Origin: Basidiobolus meristosporus CBS 931.73
Lineage: Eukaryota > Fungi > Basidiobolomycota
Length of the DNA stretch: 64,000 nt
NCBI GenBank assembly: GCA_002104905.1
Contig: MCFE01000206.1
Coordinates: 65,813-129,812 of the forward strand
Direction: 5' to 3'
Shown here: piece after piece, positions 53,064 to 63,530 of the stretch
Position numbering within the stretch: the first letter of the stretch is position 1
How the letters are laid out: each line of letters starts with the position of its first letter
Translations under genes and position numbers: made by a program
Notes under the pieces: model-generated
What the model was told of the DNA's origin: nothing
What the model saw: only the letters and a program-made list of their open reading frames with translations
The model's database searches: none

Positions 53064-53941
53064 CTGAGTGGGAGTGTTGTAAAAATTTGTAATTCCACCT
53101 AAATATTCACCTAACTTAGTCACTTAGATCATTACCCTTAAATCCTAGAGAATACTGACCAAATTCCTTGTTGGGATTTACTTAGAGTATTTTTACCAAA
53201 AAACCAGGTACCCTGAGCATGAAAATTCTCAAAGTTGTCCAAACAGCCCCAAACCTTGCACACATGTTCTTGGGACCTTCCTTAACCTATTCTACATGTT
53301 TGTAATGCCAAGACTAGGTAAAAGTATAATTACCACTTTTACATTCAATAAATCATTAAGTGAAAACCACATAATCTACTTGTTCTCCCATTCACTTCCA
53401 ATATCTCCAAGACTCTTACAACAGCTTCTATAGAGTAAAGCTCATCAGGGGTAAATAAAAAATTCAAGGGTTTTGGGGGAAGTACAAATTGTAGATGTTT
53501 CTGATCAATATAATCCAAGACTGGAATCCAGCCTGGGATTAGGTGTAGTAGGAAAGGTGAGTGGACTAGTAAGTAGCTCTGCCACATGGATCTTAGATGG
53601 TCCTGTGCCAGTAGTCTTGGTTTCTCAGCTTTTTGAAGTTTTGAAGCAAGCTCTGTTACTATATCAGAGCCAACCAGGGTGTGCCAGCAAGAAGATTTCA
53701 GGGACAAGTTAGATTGAAGCCATTGTTTAATGGAGGGGTTATGTGATTTCTGAAGTTTCAATAGGAAGGAAGCACAGAGATAGACCATACAGATTTGGTA
53801 TGGGTAGAACCCAAAGACTCCATTAGTTGCATGGATATAGGGAGATACTGGAAGATAAGGTACTAAAGATCTAATACACCAATGGAGAAATTTATCCAGG
53901 TGGTGAAGTTCTCTGGAGGTTAGGGGGATAATGTGCAGACC

Positions 53942-54638
53942 TTACGGGGGAGACAGTCACCAACAGGTGAAATCTTTATTTCAGTTGAAACAAAGAAGCC
54001 AGTGCTACTGTTGTAGCTTTGATACAAGAGTGTGTAGCTGAGGGGAGTTTATAGGTAAGTTAAAAGGAGTGATGATGGTTCTTCAGTGCTCAAGACACTG
54101 TTCAGTGGGAAGGGGGGTAGCAAGAGAGGTAAGAATGACTTCTGAACAACATTAATGAAGGGAATGTGATAAGGATTGATATTCATCTTATAGGGGGTGT
54201 GCTGCTGCAGATATTGCTGCCAAAGGTCTGTTAAGTACTTCAGGTAAGCCAGCTTGGGTTTTTCTGACTGCAGAATATAAAGAGCAAGCTTCTTGACTTC
54301 AGGATCTCCAAGTATAGTTCTCCAGCAGGAGCCAGGTGTTGTGTGGTGTGTTCTCTTCCAGGCCTTAATCAGTGGGTTGTTGCAGTGGTGAAGTCTGAGA
54401 TATTATCTGGTTCTAAGGTAGAGTAGTTTGATCTTGTAGGGCATAAACCCAAAAGCACCAAGAATAGCATGTCTGTAGGGGCATTCAGGCAAATGAGGCA
54501 CCAAGGAGGTAATGCACCATACTGGAAACTTGTCAAGCTTAGTGCAGTCTCTAGAAGTAAGAGAGAGAAGTGGTAAGCCAAATTCCAGGACAGGGAAGAC
54601 AAACTGCTTGAGTAGAAGGAGGCAGCTGGGAGCTGAAG
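53942..54638 (-). mobile_element. LINE unit 3 (lineage B), older diverged copy, 5'-truncated
   Basis: TTACGGGGG junction; hairpin at 53957; colinear with units 7 and 9; breaks at GAGCTGAAGTT. Confidence 0.88.
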
Positions 54639-54650
54639 TTAGGGTTAGGG
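54639..54650 (+). repeat. Telomere-type repeat seed TTAGGGTTAGGG
   Basis: Replaces the GTAGGAGG continuation seen in the longer copy at ~62180. Confidence 0.8.
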
Positions 54651-55170
54651 GGGAGGAAAGTCACCAAGTGGTGAAATCTTTATTTACTTATGACAAGTAT
54701 CTAAAGAAGCCAAGTTAATCTGAACTAATTCCTAGAAAGCTAGGTCTGAGAGATATCTTCCTGGTAAGCCAGGTCTGAGAGTTGAGAAGCTGAGTGGTAC
54801 TATATTTCCTAGTTAGCTAGGTCTGAGAGAGGTTTCCTGGAAAGCCAGGCCTGAGAAGTGAGAATCCAAATATATCTGAGCTAAGTTATACTGGTTTGCG
54901 GTAGCTGAATTGTGGCCGGAATGGCCAGTAGACTAGGGGAACTGAGATGAATTTCTGGGCGATCACTGGCCAAATTTACTAGGCAAATCTGACCAATTAG
55001 CATTTCAAGGATTTCAGCCAATCAGAGCCTTTACTTTGCCCGATGGTTGATCAAGCCATCTCCCAATGAGCACACATCAATTTATTAATCAAATTTTGCT
55101 GGATCCAGGATTTGAACCCACAACCATGGGTATGGAAGGGTTAGGGATAACCACAAGGCTAAGTGTTCTT
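54651..55170 (-). mobile_element. tRNA-derived SINE with LINE-type 3' tail (unit 4)
   Basis: Minus-strand A-box-like TAGCCTTGTGG (55161-55151) and B box GGTTCAAATCC (55118-55108), starts 43 nt apart; non-coding body; 3' end shares GGCTTCTT...AAATAAAGATTTCACC-loop-GGTGACTTT with lineage A. Confidence 0.75.
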
Positions 55171-55172
55171 GG

Positions 55173-55208
55173 TTAGGGGGGGATGATAATCACCACAGGG
55201 TGAAATCT
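55173..55208 (-). mobile_element. Micro-unit 5: 3' hairpin only, distinct tail variant
   Basis: TTAGGGGGGG-ATGATAA-TCACC-ACAG-GGTGA-AATCT followed by TTAGGGTTAGGG. Confidence 0.7.
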
Positions 55209-55220
55209 TTAGGGTTAGGG
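55209..55220 (+). repeat. Telomere-type repeat seed TTAGGGTTAGGG
   Basis: Replaces the TTATTT continuation present in the other autonomous units and the SINE after GAAATCT. Confidence 0.8.
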
Positions 55221-55563
55221 GGAGACAGTCACCAACAGGTGAAATCTTTATTTCAGTTGAAACAAAGAAGCCAGCGCTACTGTTGTAGCTTTGATACAAG
55301 AGTGTGTAGCTGAGGGGAATTTGTAGGTAAGTTAATAAGAAGTGATGATAGTTCTTCAGTGCTCAAGACACTGTTCAGTGGGAAGGGGGGTAGCAAGAGA
55401 GGTAAGAATGACTTGTGAACAACATTAATGAGGGGAATGTGATAAGGATTGATATTCATCATAAAGGGAGTGTGCTGCTGCAGATATTGCTGCCAAAGGT
55501 CTGTCAAGTACTTCAGGTAGGCCAGCTTGGGTTTTTCTGACTGCAGAATATAGTGAGCAACTT
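55221..55563 (-). mobile_element. LINE unit 6 (lineage B), 5'-truncated
   Basis: Near-identical to 55564 onward and 63541 onward; hairpin at 55229; ORF tail ...HTLVSKLQQ* at 55277. Confidence 0.9.
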
Positions 55564-55957
55564 AGGGGGGGGAGACAGTCACCAACAGGTGAAATCTTTA
55601 TTTCAGTTGAAACAAAGAAGCCAGCGCTACTGTTGTAGCTTCGATACAAGAGTGTGTAGCTGAGGGGAATTTGTAGGTAAGTTAATAAGAAGTGATGATA
55701 GTTCTTCAGTGCTCAAGACACTGTTCAGTGGGAAGGGGGGTAGCAAGAGAGGTAAGAATGACTTGTGAACAACATTAATGAGGGGAATGTGATAAGGTTG
55801 ATATTCATCATAAAGGGAGTGTGCTGCTGCAGATATTGCTGCCAAAGGTCTGTCAAGTACTTCAGGTAGGCCAGCTTGGGTTTTTTGACTGCAGAATATA
55901 GTGTGCAAACTTCTTGACTTCAGGATCTCCAAGTATAGTTCTCCAGCAGGAGCCAGG

Positions 55958-58900
55958 TGTTGTGCATCAACATTTAAAACTTAGCCAATTTTACTCCGTT
56001 TGAAAATCTAGTACCCTAACTGATTTTCCCTAACCCAAACATAACAAATCCCAGTTACAGTTTATTTTATCCCACCTCAGAATCTATTTTTAGCTATCAC
56101 ACCTGATCTATTTTCAAATGGTCATTACGTTATCAACCTATCTGCCAAGCCTTCCCAGGTGATTAGTCATCTGAGATCTATCCAACCACTGTGCAGTTGC
56201 CAAGACATCAGTTGATTGATGATGTAATTTTCATTTATCTTATGCACCTATGAACACCCAAATTGATTTCAATCAATCCAGTCCCTTGGCGCTGACTAAT
56301 TCAACTTGATCAGAAAAGTATAAATAAAGTTTACTGAACCTTTTGGTTTAGTGTGTGTCTCAACGAAATTAAGATTCTGTCTCAGCAAAAATAAGAATCC
56401 AACAATTCCGTTCTAGTTTCTATCCAAGCCTAGTATATCTAGCACTCCAAAGAACACCAAGCCTAGCCTGCCTAGCAAACAAATATCATTGCCTTTATAG
56501 CCAACCCAGCTATATCCAAGACCAATATTAGATCAGAATCTTGCTGCTAATATTTCCGCCACTCTCTGACAATTCTAAGATTCTGCACTTAATTGTCCCT
56601 TTGGTTCAGTTAAACCATTCAAGAGTTTTATTACACTTTCTCTTGGATACAACATTTTTTTCGTTGAATTCCATTACATTCAGCCAATTAGAAGATGTCC
56701 TCAGCAGCAAGCAATCCAAACCTTTCCATGTTGGAAGAAGCCAGAAGAAATCAGGAAGAACTTACTGAACAGCTTGAAAACATCATGCTTGAAAGAAATA
56801 CCATGATGATTGAGCACTCAAAGCTTGCCAAAACAAGATCCGATAATCACCGTAGAGATGAACTCCTTGAAGTTATATCCGGTTACCAAGATGAAATTGG
56901 AATAATTAAGGAAGCACTGGAGAATATTGCCATAGTAATTGACAGCATTGAAAATCCACCAAGCCTTGCTCTGCATCAGCCACCAAGAAGTCATGCCTTT
57001 GAATCCTCCAGATCTACATCTCCTTCTAGACCTGCCCCGGTGGTTGTCCCAAGATCCTTGCCTGTTTATGCTGAAGGCACCAATGCCATCAAGAATCCAA
57101 CTGAGTTTCTTTACAAGTTTAGTCACGTCTTAGCTGCACACCAGCTAGACCCTGACACCAACTGGGCTAGACTTCTGCCTCTCTGTCTCACAATGCAAGA
57201 TGCTGACTGGGTTGAAGTGAACATTCCTTCCAATAGTACGTGGAAAATTGCCCAAAACCTCTTTTGCAGCCATTTTGAAGATCCTCTCAAGAAAGCACAT
57301 CTGAACTGCGACTTATGGAAAACTAAAATGCAAAAAGGTGAATCTGTGCAACACTTCTGTGATAGATTCCAAAGACAAATGAGATTAGCTGGAGTTAGTG
57401 ATGATAATCCATCGCTTACTGCTCATTTTCTTTCAAACTTTTCACACCAGCTACAGAGCAATATTGCTATTGTCAAAGCATGCAACCCTGCACGTACCTA
57501 TGACCAGATCTCAGAGATATGTACACTGGCAATCACCTTGACTGCAGCTGTTAGCCAGACTTCAGGCAGCTCAACCCAATACCCCACAACAGCCGGAAAA
57601 GAGACCAGTCATGTGACCAAGAAGCAGTCAACCGCTACTAAGCACTGTGAGCTTCATGGAAAATGCTATCATTCTACCAGTGAATGCAAAGGCATCACCA
57701 AGCAGTCAAACAAGTCAGGAAACACCGCAGAAAAGCAGCAAAACACCAAAACTGATAATCCATATGCTGATGACAAGTGCTTTAAATGTGGAAATAGGGG
57801 ACATAGATCACCTGCCTGTCCTGAGAAGAACTCCACACCATCAGCCAAAATTACCCAGATCCTTGATGATCATTCAGCCAATGATACAATGGGGTATGAA
57901 GAAGCATATGAAGAACTTACAGTTCAAGATTATCACAACCTCTTTGAGTTTCCGGCTAAAATTGCAACTGTCCAAGAAAAGAAGCAACCAATCACACAGC
58001 TCAAAGCCATAGAAGTGCCACTCACCCTCAATGGCCAATCATACGTAGCACTACTGGATACTGGATCATCCAACTCTATTGTATCACCCAATGTAGTCAG
58101 AGAACTCAATTTGGAGATAGAAAAACGACCAGGAAAAATCATTCTTGCAGCTAAGGATCTCTCAGCCCCAAGAATTGGCATTACCAACCCAATCAACATA
58201 CATTGTGGCTCAGTAACCATAATCCATCAGATGGAAGTGATTGACATACCAGATGGACCTCAGGTAGTCATTGGTCTGGACACCTTCACCAAACTTGGCT
58301 TTCACATAGGCGGACTACCGGTTTCCTATCCAGGAATCACTAAATCTCAGCCGCTCATAATGGATCAAATCCCAGAGATTATCTCATCCCAACCGGAAGA
58401 AGAAGAGTTAACCCCAACTTTTCAAGAATATTCTCAATCAGTCAAATTAGATATTCAGCCGGCCATAGAGAGAAATCAGGCCATTCCAAGGAACAGCTTC
58501 TGCACCATCCCAGAGTCCATTGTTACACTAGAGACCCCACCTGGTGAGTCAACATGGAGGAGGCAATACCCAATTCCGCATTCATGTCAACACTTAGTTG
58601 ATGAGATAGTCCAAAAATGGGCTGACAATGGATTATCACTCAAGCCCCTGTCAACACAACATTCAACAGCCCTTTGACGCTTGCACCAAAGAAAGATGCT
58701 GATGGAAATCTAACCCTGAAGAGACCCTGTTTGGACCCCAGACCTCTGAACAAGCTTCTCCAAGATGACAAGTTTCCAATTCCAAGAATCCAAGATATCT
58801 TTTCCGCACTATCAGGAGCAAAAGTATTCTCCAAGTTGGACTTGAAGGATGCATATCACCGATTCCAGATCCATCCTGATCATCAGCATAAGACTGCCTT

Positions 58901-61873
58901 TACTTGGAATAATATGCAATGGATGTTTCAGGGAGCTCCCTTTGGCCTAAAGACACTTACCAGCAAGTTTCAGAGAGTCATGACTATAATACTCAAGAAT
59001 GCACCATACGCATTGGTATTTGTTGATGATGTCATCATATTCTCCACTAACCGTGATGATCATGCAACCCATGTCACTGATGTAATCAACAGACTGACAA
59101 CTGCTGGACTGATTCTCAATGCTGAAAAGTGCAGTTTTGCCCGCCTCAAAATCAATCTACTTGGATTTATAGTCACACCAGCTGGCCACCAATTAGATCC
59201 TTTCAAACTGGTCAATATCCCAGAATGGCCAAAACCCACTAGCGCCAAGCAACTTCAACATTATCTTGGAGTATTCAACTATTTCAGGGAACACATACCA
59301 CTCATGTCCTCATTGAGTGCCCCTTTAGATGCATTACGCCATAGCCCTGATCTCACCTCAGCCTGGAACAAGACTCATGACCAAGCCTTTGAGTCACTCT
59401 GCCAACTGCTTCCACAAGCACCCACCTTATCCTACCCAGACTTTACTAAGCCCTTTGTTGTTGCTACAGATGCATCTAATGTTGGGTTAGGGGCAGTCCT
59501 CTATCAAGATGAAGACCAAAATCCACCTCACTGGATCTCTTTCCAAGCAGGTCCCTACAACCTGCTGAGAGAAACTACTCTGCTACCAAGAAGGAGCTAC
59601 TTGCCATAGTCTTTGCCTTGAAGAAGTTTCATCAGTATCTATGGGGTAATCCTTTTACCTTGTACACTGACCACCGAGCCCTTGTCTATATCCACACTCA
59701 GAAGACTCTGACTCCAATGCTTACCAACTGGCTTGATACTCTACTTGATTATGAATATACAGTTATTCATCGCCCAGGAATTCTCAACATCCTTCCTGAC
59801 CACCTGTCAAGACTTTTTCCAACTTCACCTTGGGAGGGACATGTGATTACTGATGTAATCAGTAAACTCTCTACAACTTCCAAAATAATTCCTCAACTGG
59901 ATTCAGCAACTTGGAAAATCCCACCTGAAGAACAAAGGAAAACATTGATACAGAGGAGTCATTTACTTGGCCACTTTGGAGCTGACACACTTATGAAGAA
60001 GCTACACTCTGATGGATATCACTGGCCAAATATCAAAGTTGACTGCTTAGAATTTGTCAAGTCGTGCAGAGAATGTCAACTTTACAATATCAGCCGCCAT
60101 GGATTTCACCCTTTGAGCCCCATCCATGCAAGCCTTCCTATGGATCATATTGCAATTGATCTAGCTGGACCTTTCACCACTAGTGATGATGGTAATCACT
60201 ACCTCTTTGTAATTGTGGATGTCTGCACACATTTTGTCTTCCTCAAAGCTATCCCAGACAAGTATGCTGCCACTATTGCACAAGAACTATTCAAGCTCTT
60301 CTGCCTTTTTGGATTCCCTAAGGTCATTCAATCGGATAATGGAACAGAATTTGTGAATCACGTGATCAAAGCCCTTTGCCAGAATAGCGCCATTGATCAC
60401 CGTCTGATCACTCCATATCATCCCAAAGCTAATGGACTGGCTGAAAGACATGTTCAGACCTCAGTGAACATCATCAGGAAATCTATCAAAGGTATCAAGA
60501 AGAATTGGGACAAGTACATTCCAACTGTACAGTATGCTATCAACACCAAAATTGCCGCTCTACATGGATCAACACCATTTTCCTTGATGTTTGGAAGAAG
60601 ATACAACCACTTTGGAGACTACCAGAATACAGAGTTAGCAAGTTTGAATACAGATAAGCTAAAGAACCGGCTTGAGTACCTTACCAACATTGTCTACCCT
60701 GCTATCAGTGCCAGAAGTAAGGCCTCTCAGCAAAAGATGACTTCAACGTATGCCTCAAGACACAGGAACAGCAGCTTCCCAGATGGGTCATATGTCATGA
60801 CACTAGATCCAATCCGGCAATCTAAGCTTGACCCCAAGTATGAAGGACCATTCAAGGTTGTCAGACGCACTACTGGAGGATCTTATGTACTTCAGGATAA
60901 CACTGGAGCACTGCTACCCAAAAACTTTCCACCTTCTTCACTCAAACTTATTTCTCAAGACCCAGTAACTTCGGAATCCTATGAAGTTGAAGCTATTGTG
61001 GACCATGATGGAGAAGAACCAAATTGCCTTTATTTAGTCAAGTGGAAAGGCTATGATGCCAAACACAACACCTGGGAACCTTACACCAACTTTGATGATG
61101 TTGCCATTATTGATCAGTATTGGAGCCGCAGAGGAACCCAGAAGGTATCAAAAAACTCCTCTTCCGGAAGGAAGTGATGTTGTGCATCAACATTTAAAAC
61201 TTAGCCAATTTTACTCCGTTTGAAAATCTAGTACCCTAACTGATTTTCCCTAACCCAAACATAACAAATCCCAGTTACAGTTTATTTTATCCCACCTCAG
61301 AATCTATTTTTAGCTATCACACCTGATCTATTTTCAAATGGTCATTACGTTATCAACCTATCTGCCAAGCCTTCCCAGGTGATTAGTCATCTGAGATCTA
61401 TCCAACCACTGTGCAGTTGCCAAGACATCAGTTGATTGATGATGTAATTTTCATTTATCTTATGCACCTATGAACACCCAAATTGATTTCAATCAATCCA
61501 GTCCCTTGGCGCTGACTAATTCAACTTGATCAGAAAAGTATAAATAAAGTTTACTGAACCTTTTGGTTTAGTGTGTGTCTCAACAAAATTAAGATTCTGT
61601 CTCAGCAAAAATAAGAATCCAACAATTCCGTTCTAGTTTCTATCCAAGCCTAGTATATCTAGCACTCCAAAGAACACCAAGCCTAGCCTGCCTAGCAAAC
61701 AAATATCATTGCCTTTATAGCCAACCCAGCTATATCCAAGACCAATATTAGATCAGAATCTTGCTGCTAATATTTCCGCCACTCTCTGACAATTCTAAGA
61801 TTCTGCACTTAATTGTCCCTTTGGTTCAGTTAAACCATTCAAGAGTTTTATTACACTTTCTCTTGGATACAAC
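55958..61873 (+). mobile_element. Ty3/Gypsy chromovirus-type LTR retrotransposon, very recent
   Basis: ~697-bp LTRs (55958-56654, 61178-61873) with one internal difference seen plus a terminal one; TSD (C)CAGG; PPT GGAAGGAAGTGA. Confidence 0.97.
56695..61177 (+). CDS. Gypsy gag-pol polyprotein with C-terminal chromodomain (two 1-nt frameshifts in this sequence)
   Basis: CFKCGNRGHRSPAC; ALLDTGSS; FSKLDLKDAYH, APFGLK, VFVDDVII; ATDASNVGLGAVL; HLLGHFG..CRECQ, DLAG, SDNGTEF, GLAE; KYEGPFKV; YEVEAIVDH..YLVKWKGYDAKHNTWEP. Confidence 0.95.
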
Positions 61874-62563
61874 CAGGTGTTGTGTGGTGTGTTCTCTTCC
61901 AGGCCTTAATCAGTGGGTTGTTGCAGTTGTGAAGTCTGAGGTATAATCTGGTTCTAAGGTAGAGAAGTCTGATCTTATAGGGCATAAACCCAAAAGCACC
62001 AAGAATAGCATGTCTGTAGGGGCATTCAGGCAAATGAGGCACCAAGGAGGTAATGCACCATACTGCAAACTTGTCAAGCTTAGTGCAGTCTCTAGAAGTA
62101 AGAGAGAGAAGTGGTAAGCCAAATTCCAGGACAGGGAAGACAAACTGCTTGAGTAGAAGGAGGCAGCTGGGAGCTGAAGTTGTAGGAGGAGTAACAGCCA
62201 GTAGCTTGTGGAGTGCCTGTCTTGCCAGGATAATTCTCTTCTTCAGGTGTGCTCCAGAGTCTATTCCAATAGGAAGGAAAGGAAAGCCAAGATATGTAGC
62301 AGAAACCTGAGCAGGTAGAGTGGAGTTCTCCAAGTTGATGGGAGAGCCCAAAGGTACTGTCTTTGCAATGGAAAGCTGGAGATTATTCTTCTGCAGATAC
62401 TGCTGGATGGTCTGGGAGTCTTGTTGCACATTGGAGGAGGATATTCTGATGTCATCAGCAAAGAGAGTAACCAGGCAGTCAGCTGAGAGTCTTGGGAAAT
62501 CATTCAGGAAGATAGCAAACAGTATAGGACCAAGCACAGAGCTTGAACCACTCCATTAGGAAC

Positions 62564-63530
62564 TTAGGGGGAGGGAAAGTCACCAAGTTGGTGAAATCTT
62601 TATTTGAGTTAAGAACTAATCTAAGTACAAATAAAGAAGCCAATTAAGAGGTCTAGAACCTCTCTAATAAGTAATCTAATCTATGTTTTGTTTCATCTCT
62701 AATGTTTGTTTCAATAAAGTAAAGCTCATTAGGGGTAAATATAAAATTCAGGGGTTTTGGGGGAAGTACAAATTGTAGATGTTTCTGATCAATATAATCT
62801 AAGACTGGAACCCAGCCTGGGATTAGGTGTAGTAGGAAAGGTGTGTGGACTTGTAAGTAGCTCTGCCACATAGATCTTAGATGGTCCTGAGCCAGTAGTC
62901 TTGGTTTCTCAGCTTTTTGAAGTTTTGAAGCAAGCTCTGTTACTACAGCAGAGCCAACCAGGGTGTGCCAGCAAGAAGATTTCAGGGAGGAGTTAGATTG
63001 AAGCCATTGTTTGATGGAGGGGTGATGTGATTTCTGAAGTTTGACTAGGAAGGAAGCCCGGAGATAGATCATTCGGATTTGGTATGGGTAGAACCCAAAG
63101 GCTCCATTAGTTGCATGGATATAGGGAGATACTGGAAGATAAGGTACCAAGGATCTGATACACTGATGGAGAAATTTATCCAGGCGGTGAAGTTCTCTGG
63201 AGGTAAGGGGTATAATGTGGAGACCAAATTCAAGTACCAGCAGTACATACTGCTTCAGAAGTATAGGGATCTTTTGAATTGGAGTGTCTGGAGTGACTAC
63301 TACCAGAAGCTTTTTGAGAGCCTGTTGGGCAAGACGGATCCTATTATTCAGGTGGCGCTTTGAGTCAATCCCATGTTGACAAAACGGCAGACCTAGATAT
63401 ATTGCAGTTTGTTGTGGCAGAATGCTAGTGTTCTGTATAGTTGTAGTGCATCCAATTGGGACTGTCTTGGAAATTGAGAGTGAGAGGTTGTTGGCAGCCA
63501 AGTACTTCTCAATGATGGCATGTGTATGGA
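62564..63530 (-). mobile_element. LINE unit 8 (lineage A), 5'-truncated, open frame
   Basis: TTAGGGGG junction; hairpin TCACC-AAGTT-GGTGA at 62580; ORF IIEKYLAANNLSLSISKT..IYLG..LKQYVLLVLEFG..HRLDYLLERF*. Confidence 0.92.

Larger units (their letters stand above)
48385..53423 (+). mobile_element. Ty1/Copia LTR retrotransposon, inactivated
   Basis: 349-bp TG...CA LTRs (48385-48733, 53075-53423, about 10 differences by eye); TSD GTTTC/GCTTC; PBS 48734-48745; PPT before 53075; gag-PR-IN-RT-RH order. Confidence 0.97.
48238..53941 (-). mobile_element. LINE unit 2 (lineage A), 5'-truncated, interrupted by Copia
   Basis: 48238-48384 and 53424-53941 rejoin to match unit 8 (62564 onward); hairpin TCACC-AACTT-GGTGA at 48252. 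Confidence 0.85.
55564..62563 (-). mobile_element. LINE unit 7 (lineage B), longest copy (~1.08 kb), interrupted by Gypsy
   Basis: 55564-55957 and 61874-62563 rejoin; encodes GVVQ(G)SVLGPILFAIFLND, LFADDI, LQLSIAKT, ATYLG, LKQFVFPVLEFG (non-LTR RT motifs); one 1-nt deletion in QGS. Confidence 0.92.

Noticed and set aside
55097-55168. Functional tRNA gene
   Set aside because: A and B boxes are present, but acceptor, anticodon and T stems do not pair; interpreted as a SINE head
55221-55957. Units 6 and 7 as an assembly duplication
   Set aside because: They differ at several positions and in G-run length and have different truncation points; still worth confirming with reads
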